Shown piece after piece: positions 52,578 through 63,279 of a stretch of 64,000 nt of DNA (position 1 is the stretch's first letter; each line of letters begins with the position of its first letter). The notes beneath the pieces were generated by a model. That model was not told the DNA's origin and ran no database searches. It saw nothing but the letters and a program-made list of their open reading frames with translations. The stretch lies in assembly GCF_041886205.1 (NCBI RefSeq), contig NZ_CP169029.1. One strand, 5' to 3'. Origin of the DNA: Escherichia coli (GTDB taxonomy: Bacteria > Pseudomonadota > Gammaproteobacteria > Enterobacterales > Enterobacteriaceae). The position numbers and the translations under genes are program-made.

Positions 52578-54250
52578 TCCTGCTACTTTGCAGCACTTCC
52601 GTTTTTGCCGGATTATTCGACGCGCCGGGACGTTCACATTTTGTCCCCGCGGATCAAGCCTTTGCTTTTGATTTTCAGCAAAACCAACATGACCTGAATC
52701 TGACCTGGCAGATCAAAGACGGTTACTACCTCTACCGTAAACAGATCCGCATTACGCCGGAACACGCGAAAATTGCCGACGTGCAGCTGCCGCAAGGCGT
52801 CTGGCATGAAGATGAGTTTTACGGCAAAAGCGAGATTTACCGCGATCGGCTGACGCTTCCCGTAACCATCAACCAGGCGAGTGCGGGAGCGACGTTAACT
52901 GTCACCTACCAGGGCTGTGCTGATGCCGGTTTCTGTTATCCGCCAGAAACCAAAACCGTTCCGTTAAGCGAAGTGGTAGCCAACAACGCAGCGTCACAGC
53001 CTGTGTCTGTTCCGCAGCAAGAGCAGCACACCGCGCAATTGCCCTTTTCCGCGCTCTGGGCGTTGTTGATCGGTATTGGTATCGCCTTTACGCCATGCGT
53101 GCTGCCAATGTACCCACTGATTTCTGGCATCGTGCTGGGTGGTAAACAGCGGCTCTCCACTGCCAGAGCATTGTTGCTGACCTTTATTTATGTGCAGGGG
53201 ATGGCACTGACTTACACGGCGCTGGGTCTGGTAGTTGCCGCCGCAGGGTTACAGTTCCAGGCGGCGCTACAGCACCCATACGTGCTCATTGGCCTCGCCA
53301 TCGTCTTTACCTTGCTGGCGATGTCAATGTTTGGCTTGTTTACTCTACAACTCCCCTCTTCGCTGCAAACACGTCTCACGTTGATGAGCAATCGCCAACA
53401 GGGCGGCTCACCTGGCGGTGTGTTTGTTATGGGGGCGATTGCCGGACTGATCTGTTCACCATGCACCACCGCACCGCTTAGCGCGATTCTGCTGTATATC
53501 GCCCAAAGCGGGAACATGTGGCTGGGCGGCGGCACGCTTTATCTCTATGCGTTGGGCATGGGCCTGCCGCTGATGCTAATTACCGTCTTTGGTAACCGCT
53601 TGCTGCCGAAAAGCGGCCCGTGGATGGAACAAGTCAAAACCGCGTTTGGTTTTGTGATCCTCGCACTGCCGGTCTTCCTGCTGGAGCGAGTGATTGGTGA
53701 TGTATGGGGATTACGCTTGTGGTCGGCGCTGGGTGTCGCATTCTTTGGCTGGGCCTTTATCACCAGCCTACAGGCTAAACGCGGCTGGATGCGTATTGTG
53801 CAAATTATTCTGCTGGCAGCGGCATTGGTTAGCGTGCGCCCACTTCAGGATTGGGCATTTGGTGCGACGCATACCGCGCAAACTCAGACGCATCTCAACT
53901 TTACACAAATCAAAACGGTAGATGAGTTAAATCAGGCGCTCGTTGAAGCCAAAGGCAAACCGGTGATGTTAGATCTTTATGCCGACTGGTGCGTCGCCTG
54001 TAAAGAGTTTGAGAAATACACCTTCAGCGACCCGCAGGTGCAAAAAGCGTTAGCAGACACGGTCTTACTTCAGGCCAACGTCACTGCTAACGACGCACAA
54101 GATGTGGCGCTGTTAAAGCATCTTAATGTCCTTGGCCTACCGACAATTCTCTTTTTTGACGGACAAGGCCAGGAGCATCCACAAGCACGCGTCACGGGCT
54201 TTATGGATGCTGAAACCTTCAGCGCACATTTGCGCGATCGCCAACCGTGA
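52553..54250 (+). CDS. dsbD: thiol:disulfide interchange protein DsbD
   Basis: Track ORF trimmed to [14 protein letters not shown] start (565 aa); C-terminal thioredoxin CVAC motif; overlaps cutA 3' end. Confidence 0.9.
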
Positions 54251-54286
54251 ACGACACTTGCAGTGGGAAAGACGGAGGAAAATAGC

Positions 54287-54862
54287 GTGCAACGTGAAGA
54301 TGTACTGGGAGAAGCCCTGAAATTATTAGAATTACAAGGGATTGCCAACACCACGCTGGAGATGGTTGCTGAACGTGTGGATTATCCACTGGACGAGCTA
54401 CGCCGCTTCTGGCCAGACAAAGAGGCAATCCTCTACGATGCGCTGCGTTATCTTAGCCAACAGATAGATGTCTGGCGTCGTCAGCTGATGCTGGACGAAA
54501 CGCAAACCGCCGAACAAAAGCTGCTGGCACGTTATCAGGCGTTATCGGAGTGCGTTAAAAACAACCGCTATCCGGGCTGTCTATTTATCGCTGCCTGTAC
54601 GTTTTATCCCGATCCTGGCCACCCTATTCATCAACTGGCCGATCAGCAAAAAAGCGCGGCCTACGATTTCACCCACGAACTGTTAACCACACTGGAAGTT
54701 GACGATCCGGCGATGGTAGCAAAGCAGATGGAACTGGTGCTGGAAGGCTGTTTAAGCCGAATGCTGGTGAATCGTAGCCAGGCGGATGTCGACACTGCAC
54801 ATCGGCTGGCGGAAGATATCCTGCGCTTCGCCCGCTGCCGCCAGGGTGGTGCATTGACCTGA
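54287..54862 (+). CDS. yjdC: TetR-family transcriptional regulator YjdC
   Basis: Track ORF trimmed to GTG start giving [11 protein letters not shown] (191 aa). Confidence 0.8.
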
Positions 54863-54968
54863 CAGAAACACAGAAAAGAAGCGATTTGCCGCAATCTTAA
54901 GCAGTTGAATCGCTTTTACTGAAATTAGGTTGACGAGATGTGCAGATTACGGTTTAATGCGCCCCGTT

Positions 54969-55044
54969 GCCCGGATAGCTCAGTCGGTAGAGCAGGGGAT
55001 TGAAAATCCCCGTGTCCTTGGTTCGATTCCGAGTCCGGGCACCA
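54969..55044 (+). tRNA. pheU: tRNA-Phe (GAA)
   Basis: 76 nt exact match to E. coli tRNA-Phe (gcccggatagctcagtcggtagagcaggggattgaaaatcccc...cacca); located after yjdC as pheU is in E. coli. Confidence 0.95.
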
Positions 55045-55241
55045 AATTCATATCAACGGACCTCCACGGAGGTCCGTTTTTCGTTTCAGAACGCCACAAT
55101 TTAAGCGTTCTACCTACAAATCAATTCTACCGAACTCAACCAGATTCCCCCCACATCAACCCCATTGTGTGGGTATAATTGCGGGCATACCCCAGTTCGA
55201 CAGAATTTGTACCCTCTTTAACGCATTCAGAAGGCTATACT

Positions 55242-56504
55242 ATGGCACTGACTGACGCAAAAATCCGGGCTGCAAAGCCCACTGACAAGGCTTATAAACT
55301 CACTGACGGGGCTGGCATGTTCCTACTGGTTCATCCTAATGGTTCCCGTTACTGGCGTCTCCGTTATCGTATTCTGGGTAAGGAGAAGACTCTGGCACTT
55401 GGTGTGTATCCAGAAGTTTCTCTCTCCGAAGCTCGTACAAAACGGGATGAGGCCCGAAAACTGATTTCGGAGGGGATTGACCCTTGCGAACTGAAAAGAG
55501 CTAAAAAAGTAGTCCCTGATTTACAACTCTCTTTTGAACATATTGCACGACGCTGGCATGCCAGTAATAAACAATGGGCACAATCACACAGCGATAAAGT
55601 ACTCAAAAGCCTCGAGACACACGTTTTCCCCTTTATCGGCAACCGGGATATCACAACACTCAGTACCCCGGACCTGCTTATCCCTGTTCGTGCTGCAGAA
55701 GCTAAACAAATTTATGAAATCGCCAGTCGTCTGCAGCAAAGAATATCTGCTGTAATGCGTTATGCCGTACAGTCTGGCATCATCAGATATAACCCGGCTC
55801 TGGATATGGCTGGTGCATTGACCACGGTAAAACGCCAGCATCGCCCTGCACTGGATCTTTCACGCCTGCCTGAACTTCTGTCGCGTATTGACGGTTATAA
55901 AGGCCAGCCTGTCACCCGACTGGCAGTTATGCTGAATTTACTGGTTTTTATTCGTTCCAGTGAACTCAGATACGCCCGCTGGTCTGAAATTGATATTGAC
56001 AATGCCATGTGGACTATTCCAGCCGAACGCGAACCTCTGCCTGGCGTAAAATTCTCACACCGGGGCTCCAAGATGCGAACACCACATCTTGTGCCACTCA
56101 GCAAACAGGCTGTAGCCATACTGGCAGAACTACAGACATGGGCTGGTGAAAATGGTCTGATCTTTACGGGAGCACATGACCCGCGTAAACCAATCAGTGA
56201 AAATACTGTAAATAAAGCCCTGAGGGTGATGGGGTATGACACAACCCAGGATGTCTGTGGCCATGGATTCCGGGCGATGGCGTGCAGTGCATTGATTGAA
56301 TCAGGTTTGTGGTCCCGCGATGCTGTGGAACGTCAGATGAGCCATCAGGAGCGTAATGGTGTACGTGCTGCGTATATCCATAAAGCAGAACATCTGGAAG
56401 AACGGCGACTGATGTTGCAATGGTGGGCCGATTTTCTGGATGCGAACCGGGAGAAGGGTATCAGTCCGTTTGAATATGCAAAAATTAACAATCCATTAAA
56501 ATAG
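55242..56504 (+). CDS. P4-type tyrosine integrase (tRNA-associated genomic-island integrase)
   Basis: 420 aa ORF starting MALTDAKIRAAKP, 198 nt downstream of tRNA-Phe; C-terminal catalytic region with HGFRAMACS (H-x-x-R) and nucleophile Tyr in RAAYIHK; appears full length. Confidence 0.85.
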   Translation: MALTDAKIRAAKPTDKAYKLTDGAGMFLLVHPNGSRYWRLRYRILGKEKTLALGVYPEVSLSEARTKRDEARKLISEGIDPCELKRAKKVVPDLQLSFEHIARRWHASNKQWAQSHSDKVLKSLETHVFPFIGNRDITTLSTPDLLIPVRAAEAKQIYEIASRLQQRISAVMRYAVQSGIIRYNPALDMAGALTTVKRQHRPALDLSRLPELLSRIDGYKGQPVTRLAVMLNLLVFIRSSELRYARWSEIDIDNAMWTIPAEREPLPGVKFSHRGSKMRTPHLVPLSKQAVAILAELQTWAGENGLIFTGAHDPRKPISENTVNKALRVMGYDTTQDVCGHGFRAMACSALIESGLWSRDAVERQMSHQERNGVRAAYIHKAEHLEERRLMLQWWADFLDANREKGISPFEYAKINNPLK

Positions 56505-56590
56505 TAAGCAGTCCGGGCAATCAGCCCGGACTGCTGGTGATGCTGCCAACTTACTGATTTAGTGTATGATGGTGTTTTTGAGGTGCTCCA

Positions 56591-56866
56591 GTGGCTTCTG
56601 TTTCTATCAGCTGTCCCTCCTGTTCAGCTACTGACGGGGTGGTACGTAACGGCAAAAGCACCGCCGGACATCAGCGCTATCTCTGCTCTCACTGCCGTAA
56701 AACATGGCAACTGCAGTTCACTTACACCGCTTCTCAACCCGGTACGCACCAGAAAATCATTGATATGGCCATGAATGGCGTTGGATGCCGGGCAACTGCC
56801 CGCATTATGGGCGTTGGCCTCAACACGATTTTACGTCACTTAAAAAACTCAGGCCGCAGTCGGTAA
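56591..56866 (+). CDS. insA: IS1 protein InsA
   Basis: 91 aa [43 protein letters not shown]. Confidence 0.95.
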
Positions 56867-57288
56867 CCTCGCGCATACAGCCGGGCAGTGACGTCATCGT
56901 CTGCGCGGAAATGGACGAACAGTGGGGCTATGTCGGGGCTAAATCGCGCCAGCGCTGGCTGTTTTACGCGTATGACAGGCTCCGGAAGACGGTTGTTGCG
57001 CACGTATTCGGTGAACGCACTATGGCGACGCTGGAGCGTCTTCTGGGCCTGCTGTCGGCCTTTGAGGTCGTGGTATGGATGACGGATGGCTGGCCGCTTT
57101 ATGAATCACGCCTGAAGGGAGAACTGCACGTTATCAGCAAGCGATATACGCAGCGCATTGAGCGGCATAACCTGAATCTGAGGCAGCATCTGGCAAGGCT
57201 GGGCAGGAAGTCACTGTCGTTCTCAAAATCGGTGGAGCTGCATGACAAAGTTATCGGGCATTATCTGAACATAAAACACTATCAATAA
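56785..57288 (+). CDS. insB: IS1 InsB frame (expressed as InsAB' transposase by -1 frameshift)
   Basis: 167 aa ORF overlapping insA in the -1 frame, ending ...[19 protein letters not shown]. Confidence 0.9.
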
Positions 57289-57354
57289 GTTGGAGTCATT
57301 ACCCGCTTTGCTTTAGCGAGAACTGGTCTTTTATTCGCACTCAGGAGTACATGT

Positions 57355-58116
57355 ATGAGGATTTGCAGCGACCAACCTTGTATTGTTTTATTGACTGAAA
57401 AAGATGTCTGGATAAGGGTGAATGGGAAAGAACCTATTAGCCTTAAAGCTAACCATATGGCGTTATTAAATTGTGAAAATAATATTATCGACGTCTCCTC
57501 TCTTAACAACACTTTGGTTGCTCATATTAGTCACGACATCATCAAAGATTACCTCCGGTTTCTGAATAAAGATCTCTCGCAAATACCAGTATGGCAACGT
57601 AGCGCTACGCCCATACTCACCCTGCCATGCCTGACGCCAGACGTCTTTCGCGTTGCCGCGCAACACAGCATGATGCCCGCAGAAACTGAGTCAGAAAAGG
57701 AACGAACACGCGCATTATTATTCACGGTGCTATCCCGTTTTCTCGACAGTAAAAAATTCGTTTCATTAATGATGTATATGTTACGTAATTGTGTAAGTGA
57801 CAGCGTTTATCAAATTATTGAAAGCGATATTCACAAAGACTGGAATCTTAGTATGGTAGCCAGTTGTTTATGTCTTAGCCCAAGTCTGTTAAAGAAAAAG
57901 TTGAAAAGCGAAAACACCAGTTATAGCCAAATAATCACCACCTGCCGCATGCGTTATGCCGTAAATGAATTAATGATGGACGGTAAAAATATCTCTCAGG
58001 TATCACAGTCCTGCGGCTACAACAGTACGTCGTACTTTATTTCTGTCTTTAAAGACTTCTACGGTATGACGCCGCTGCATTATGTTAGTCAGCACAGAGA
58101 ACGCACTGTCGCCTGA
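57355..58116 (+). CDS. adiY: AraC-family regulator AdiY
   Basis: 253 aa ORF MRICSDQPCIVLLTEKDVWIRVNGKEP matching AdiY; begins only 51 nt after the IS1 end. Confidence 0.9.
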   Translation: MRICSDQPCIVLLTEKDVWIRVNGKEPISLKANHMALLNCENNIIDVSSLNNTLVAHISHDIIKDYLRFLNKDLSQIPVWQRSATPILTLPCLTPDVFRVAAQHSMMPAETESEKERTRALLFTVLSRFLDSKKFVSLMMYMLRNCVSDSVYQIIESDIHKDWNLSMVASCLCLSPSLLKKKLKSENTSYSQIITTCRMRYAVNELMMDGKNISQVSQSCGYNSTSYFISVFKDFYGMTPLHYVSQHRERTVA

Positions 58117-58252
58117 TTTTTAACCTTAACGAAGAGCTATATTAATAACGGCATCAGCGATAACCCGGTCGATAATAATTCAACTATCGAATGCAGGCGT
58201 ATGATATGACGTAATTTATTGTCACGAAGCTCGCCTTCGCAGGAGTTTAATT

Positions 58253-59590
58253 ATGTCTTCGGATGCTGATGCTCACAAAGTGGGCTTAATCCCCGTCACC
58301 CTGATGGTGTCGGGGAATATTATGGGGTCAGGTGTTTTTCTGTTACCTGCAAACCTGGCCTCTACTGGCGGGATTGCCATTTATGGATGGTTGGTGACGA
58401 TTATCGGTGCACTGGGGCTCTCGATGGTATACGCCAAAATGTCGTTCCTCGACCCAAGTCCTGGTGGTTCTTACGCTTACGCCCGCCGCTGCTTTGGCCC
58501 GTTTCTCGGTTATCAAACCAACGTCCTCTACTGGCTGGCCTGCTGGATCGGCAATATCGCCATGGTGGTCATTGGCGTAGGATATTTAAGTTACTTCTTC
58601 CCGATTCTGAAAGATCCATTGGTATTAACCATCACCTGCGTCGTGGTGCTGTGGATCTTCGTCCTGCTGAACATTGTCGGTCCGAAAATGATCACCCGTG
58701 TGCAGGCAGTTGCCACCGTGCTGGCGCTGATCCCCATCGTCGGGATTGCCGTATTTGGCTGGTTCTGGTTCCGTGGTGAAACCTATATGGCGGCATGGAA
58801 CGTCAGCGGCCTGGGCACCTTCGGTGCAATTCAAAGTACCCTTAACGTTACGCTGTGGTCGTTCATCGGTGTGGAAAGTGCCTCCGTTGCCGCAGGTGTG
58901 GTGAAAAACCCGAAACGCAATGTCCCTATCGCCACCATTGGTGGGGTATTGATTGCCGCCGTTTGCTATGTACTTTCTACCACCGCGATTATGGGGATGA
59001 TCCCTAATGCCGCACTGCGCGTTTCTGCTTCGCCATTCGGTGATGCCGCACGGATGGCGTTGGGTGACACCGCCGGGGCCATTGTTTCCTTCTGCGCAGC
59101 TGCGGGTTGCTTAGGTTCACTGGGCGGCTGGACGTTGCTGGCGGGTCAAACGGCGAAAGCCGCTGCCGATGACGGACTGTTCCCACCGATTTTTGCCCGT
59201 GTAAATAAAGCGGGTACGCCAGTGGCGGGGCTGATTATCGTCGGTATTTTGATGACCATCTTCCAGCTCAGCAGCATTTCACCAAACGCGACCAAAGAGT
59301 TCGGTCTGGTTTCTTCCGTCTCGGTCATCTTTACACTGGTGCCATATCTTTACACCTGTGCGGCGTTACTGCTGCTCGGACACGGTCACTTTGGTAAAGC
59401 ACGCCCGGCATATCTGGCAGTTACTACCATTGCCTTCCTCTACTGCATCTGGGCCGTGGTGGGGTCCGGAGCGAAAGAGGTTATGTGGTCATTTGTCACC
59501 CTGATGGTCATCACCGCCATGTATGCGCTGAATTACAACCGGCTACATAAAAACCCGTATCCCTTAGATGCACCAATAAGCAAAGATTAA
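58253..59590 (+). CDS. adiC: arginine:agmatine antiporter AdiC
   Basis: 445 aa [39 protein letters not shown] matching AdiC. Confidence 0.95.
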
Positions 59591-59693
59591 TTCCCCTTAA
59601 TCCAGCAAACATAAAAGCCAACCTTAAGAACTTAAGGTTGGCTTAATTTTGCTTTGCGAGCATATGCGCACTTTGTTCGATGGAAACACCGTG

Positions 59694-61337
59694 ATGTTGA
59701 AGCGCCTACTAAAAAGACCCTCTTTGAATTTACTCGCCTGGCTATTGTTGGCCGCTTTTTATATCTCTATCTGCCTGAATATTGCCTTTTTTAAACAGGT
59801 GTTGCAGGCGCTGCCGCTGGATTCGCTGCATAACGTACTGGTTTTCTTGTCGATGCCGGTCGTCGCTTTCAGCGTGATTAATATTGTCCTGACACTAAGC
59901 TCTTTCTTATGGCTTAATCGACCACTGGCCTGCCTGTTTATTCTGGTTGGCGCGGCTGCACAATATTTCATAATGACTTACGGCATCGTCATCGACCGCT
60001 CGATGATTGCCAATATTATTGATACCACTCCGGCAGAAAGTTATGCGCTGATGACACCGCAAATGTTATTAACGCTGGGATTCAGCGGCGTGCTTGCTGC
60101 GCTGATTGCCTGCTGGATAAAAATCAAACCTGCCACCTCGCGTCTGCGCAGTGTTCTTTTCCGTGGAGCCAATATTCTGGTTTCTGTACTACTGATTTTG
60201 CTGGTCGCCGCACTGTTTTATAAAGACTACGCCTCGTTGTTCCGCAATAACAAAGAGCTGGTGAAATCCTTAAGCCCCTCTAACAGCATTGTTGCCAGCT
60301 GGTCATGGTACTCCCATCAGCGACTGGCAAATCTGCCGCTGGTGCGAATTGGTGAAGACGCGCACCGCAACCCGTTAATGCAGAACGAAAAACGTAAAAA
60401 TTTGACCATCCTGATTGTCGGCGAAACCTCGCGGGCGGAGAACTTCTCCCTCAACGGCTACCCGCGTGAAACTAACCCGCGGCTGGCGAAAGATAACGTG
60501 GTCTATTTCCCTAATACCGCATCTTGCGGCACGGCAACGGCAGTTTCAGTACCGTGCATGTTCTCGGATATGCCGCGTGAGCACTACAAAGAAGAGCTGG
60601 CACAGCACCAGGAAGGCGTGCTGGATATCATTCAGCGAGCGGGCATCAACGTGCTGTGGAATGACAACGATGGCGGCTGTAAAGGTGCCTGCGACCGCGT
60701 GCCTCACCAGAACGTCACCGCGCTGAATCTACCTGATCAGTGCATCAACGGCGAATGCTATGACGAAGTGCTGTTCCACGGGCTTGAAGAGTACATCAAT
60801 AACCTGCAAGGTGATGGCGTGATTGTCTTACACACCATCGGCAGCCACGGTCCGACCTATTACAACCGCTATCCGCCTCAGTTCAGGAAATTTACCCCAA
60901 CCTGCGACACCAATGAGATCCAGACCTGTACCAAAGAGCAACTGGTGAACACTTACGACAACACGCTGGTTTACGTCGACTATATTGTTGATAAAGCGAT
61001 TAATCTGCTTAAAGAACATCAGGATAAATTTACCACCAGCCTGGTTTATCTTTCTGACCACGGTGAATCGTTAGGTGAAAATGGCATCTATCTGCACGGT
61101 CTGCCTTATGCCATCGCCCCGGATAGCCAAAAACAGGTGCCAATGCTGCTGTGGCTGTCGGAGGATTATCAAAAACGGTATCAGGTTGACCAGAACTGCC
61201 TGCAAAAACAGGCGCAAACGCAACACTATTCACAAGACAATTTATTCTCCACGCTATTGGGATTAACTGGCGTTGAGACGAAGTATTACCAGGCTGCGGA
61301 TGATATTCTGCAAACTTGCAGGAGAGTGAGTAAATGA
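59694..61337 (+). CDS. eptA: lipid A phosphoethanolamine transferase EptA (PmrC)
   Basis: Track ORF trimmed to [22 protein letters not shown] start (547 aa). Confidence 0.9.
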   Translation: MLKRLLKRPSLNLLAWLLLAAFYISICLNIAFFKQVLQALPLDSLHNVLVFLSMPVVAFSVINIVLTLSSFLWLNRPLACLFILVGAAAQYFIMTYGIVIDRSMIANIIDTTPAESYALMTPQMLLTLGFSGVLAALIACWIKIKPATSRLRSVLFRGANILVSVLLILLVAALFYKDYASLFRNNKELVKSLSPSNSIVASWSWYSHQRLANLPLVRIGEDAHRNPLMQNEKRKNLTILIVGETSRAENFSLNGYPRETNPRLAKDNVVYFPNTASCGTATAVSVPCMFSDMPREHYKEELAQHQEGVLDIIQRAGINVLWNDNDGGCKGACDRVPHQNVTALNLPDQCINGECYDEVLFHGLEEYINNLQGDGVIVLHTIGSHGPTYYNRYPPQFRKFTPTCDTNEIQTCTKEQLVNTYDNTLVYVDYIVDKAINLLKEHQDKFTTSLVYLSDHGESLGENGIYLHGLPYAIAPDSQKQVPMLLWLSEDYQKRYQVDQNCLQKQAQTQHYSQDNLFSTLLGLTGVETKYYQAADDILQTCRRVSK

Positions 61338-62002
61338 AAATTCTGATTGTTGAAGACGATACGCTGTTATTGCAGGGACTGATTCTGGCGGCGCAAACCG
61401 AAGGCTACGCGTGCGATGGCGTGACAACCGCGCGGATGGCGGAACAAAGCCTTGAGGCCGGTCATTACAGCCTGGTGGTACTGGATTTAGGGTTACCCGA
61501 CGAAGATGGACTGCATTTTCTCGCCCGTATCCGGCAGAAAAAATACACCCTGCCGGTACTGATCCTCACCGCTCGCGATACGCTGACCGACAAAATCGCC
61601 GGGCTGGATGTCGGTGCCGATGACTATCTGGTGAAGCCCTTTGCGCTGGAAGAGTTACACGCCCGTATCCGAGCCCTGCTACGACGCCATAATAATCAGG
61701 GCGAAAGTGAGCTGATTGTTGGCAATCTGACGCTGAATATGGGTCGCCGTCAGGTATGGATGGGCGGTGAAGAGTTGATTCTGACGCCCAAAGAATATGC
61801 TCTGCTGTCACGGTTAATGCTCAAAGCAGGCAGTCCGGTGCATCGGGAAATTCTCTACAACGACATCTATAACTGGGACAATGAACCCTCGACCAACACC
61901 CTGGAAGTGCATATCCACAATCTGCGCGACAAAGTGGGCAAAGCCCGTATCCGCACCGTGCGCGGCTTTGGCTATATGCTGGTCGCGAATGAGGAAAACT
62001 AA
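61334..62002 (+). CDS. basR: two-component response regulator BasR (PmrA)
   Basis: 222 aa [19 protein letters not shown] with receiver-domain Asp; start overlaps eptA stop (ATGA). Confidence 0.95.
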   Translation: MKILIVEDDTLLLQGLILAAQTEGYACDGVTTARMAEQSLEAGHYSLVVLDLGLPDEDGLHFLARIRQKKYTLPVLILTARDTLTDKIAGLDVGADDYLVKPFALEELHARIRALLRRHNNQGESELIVGNLTLNMGRRQVWMGGEELILTPKEYALLSRLMLKAGSPVHREILYNDIYNWDNEPSTNTLEVHIHNLRDKVGKARIRTVRGFGYMLVANEEN

Positions 62003-62011
62003 TTGAATCTG

Positions 62012-63103
62012 ATGCGTTTTCTGCGCCGACCAATATCGCTGCGCCAACGGCTGATATTGACCATCGGGGCCATTTTGTTGGTGTTTGAGCTGATCAGCGT
62101 CTTCTGGCTATGGCATGAAAGTACCGAGCAGATTCAGCTGTTTGAGCAGGCGCTACGCGACAATCGCAACAACGATCGCCACATCATGCGTGAGATCCGC
62201 GAGGCGGTCGCCAGCCTGATTGTCCCCGGCGTCTTTATGGTCAGCCTGACGCTATTTATCTGCTATCAGGCGGTACGCCGCATCACCCGCCCGCTGGCGG
62301 AGCTGCAAAAAGAGCTGGAAGCGCGCACCGCCGACAACTTAACGCCCATTGCCATTCACAGCGCCACCCTCGAAATCGAAGCGGTGGTTTCGGCGTTAAA
62401 CGATCTGGTCAGTCGCCTGACCAGCACGCTGGATAACGAAAGGTTGTTTACCGCTGACGTCGCGCACGAACTGCGAACGCCACTGGCGGGGGTGCGTTTG
62501 CATCTGGAACTGCTGGCGAAAACGCATCACATTGATGTAGCACCGTTAGTGGCACGGCTTGATCAGATGATGGAGAGCGTCTCCCAGCTGCTGCAACTGG
62601 CGCGTGCCGGACAGTCATTTTCTTCCGGTAATTATCAACATGTAAAACTGCTGGAAGATGTCATTCTCCCCTCGTATGACGAACTCAGTACCATGCTCGA
62701 CCAGCGACAGCAAACCCTGCTATTGCCAGAGAGCGCCGCCGACATCACCGTTCAGGGTGATGCAACCCTGCTGCGGATGTTATTGCGAAACCTGGTAGAA
62801 AACGCCCATCGTTACAGCCCGCAAGGCAGCAACATTATGATTAAGCTGCAAGAAGATGACGGAGCGGTCATGGCAGTTGAAGATGAAGGACCAGGTATTG
62901 ATGAGAGTAAATGCGGGGAGTTGAGTAAAGCGTTTGTACGTATGGACAGCCGTTATGGCGGGATTGGTCTGGGGTTAAGTATTGTCAGCCGCATTACACA
63001 GTTGCATCACGGGCAGTTTTTCCTGCAAAACCGGCAAGAGACTTCCGGCACGCGGGCCTGGGTACGGCTGAAGAAAGATCAGTACGTGGCAAACCAGATA
63101 TAA
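62012..63103 (+). CDS. basS: two-component sensor kinase BasS (PmrB)
   Basis: Track ORF (TTG at 62003) trimmed to ATG giving MRFLRRPISLRQ (363 aa); H-box ADVAHELRTPL. Confidence 0.9.
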   Translation: MRFLRRPISLRQRLILTIGAILLVFELISVFWLWHESTEQIQLFEQALRDNRNNDRHIMREIREAVASLIVPGVFMVSLTLFICYQAVRRITRPLAELQKELEARTADNLTPIAIHSATLEIEAVVSALNDLVSRLTSTLDNERLFTADVAHELRTPLAGVRLHLELLAKTHHIDVAPLVARLDQMMESVSQLLQLARAGQSFSSGNYQHVKLLEDVILPSYDELSTMLDQRQQTLLLPESAADITVQGDATLLRMLLRNLVENAHRYSPQGSNIMIKLQEDDGAVMAVEDEGPGIDESKCGELSKAFVRMDSRYGGIGLGLSIVSRITQLHHGQFFLQNRQETSGTRAWVRLKKDQYVANQI

Positions 63104-63279
63104 AGAAAGCTGCTGACCACCAGCACGCTGAACACGGTAGTTAAACTTTCATAAACACGGTTTTTCATTGCACTCTCCTCCGTTAACCTGGAGGAGAGTA
63201 TGCGCGTCAGAGATTAAGTGAACCTTAAGAGTTCAATTGGCCTGATAAGACAGCGTCACATCAGGCCATCCGTTTCAGC

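Larger units (their letters stand above)
56536..57303 (+). mobile_element. insertion sequence IS1 (768 bp)
   Basis: Begins GGTGATGCTGCCAACTTACTGAT and ends ATCAATAAGTTGGAGTCATTACC (imperfect terminal inverted repeats); carries insA and insB frames; no flanking 9-bp direct repeat. Confidence 0.95.

Noticed and set aside
55045-57303. Possible intact prophage or large genomic island at pheU
   Set aside because: Only an integrase and an IS1 are present; no phage structural, replication or cargo genes, and no attR repeat of the tRNA 3' end is visible in the window. It is a remnant
56527-57312. Possible 9-bp target-site duplication flanking IS1
   Set aside because: Flanks match at only 6 of 9 positions (cggactgct vs cgctttgct); treated as chance similarity
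63104-63279. Possible small gene or sRNA between basS and proP
   Set aside because: Contains only a terminator-like hairpin (ctctcctccgttaacctggaggagag) and a REP-like palindrome between two convergent genes; no ORF or promoter signal I can support
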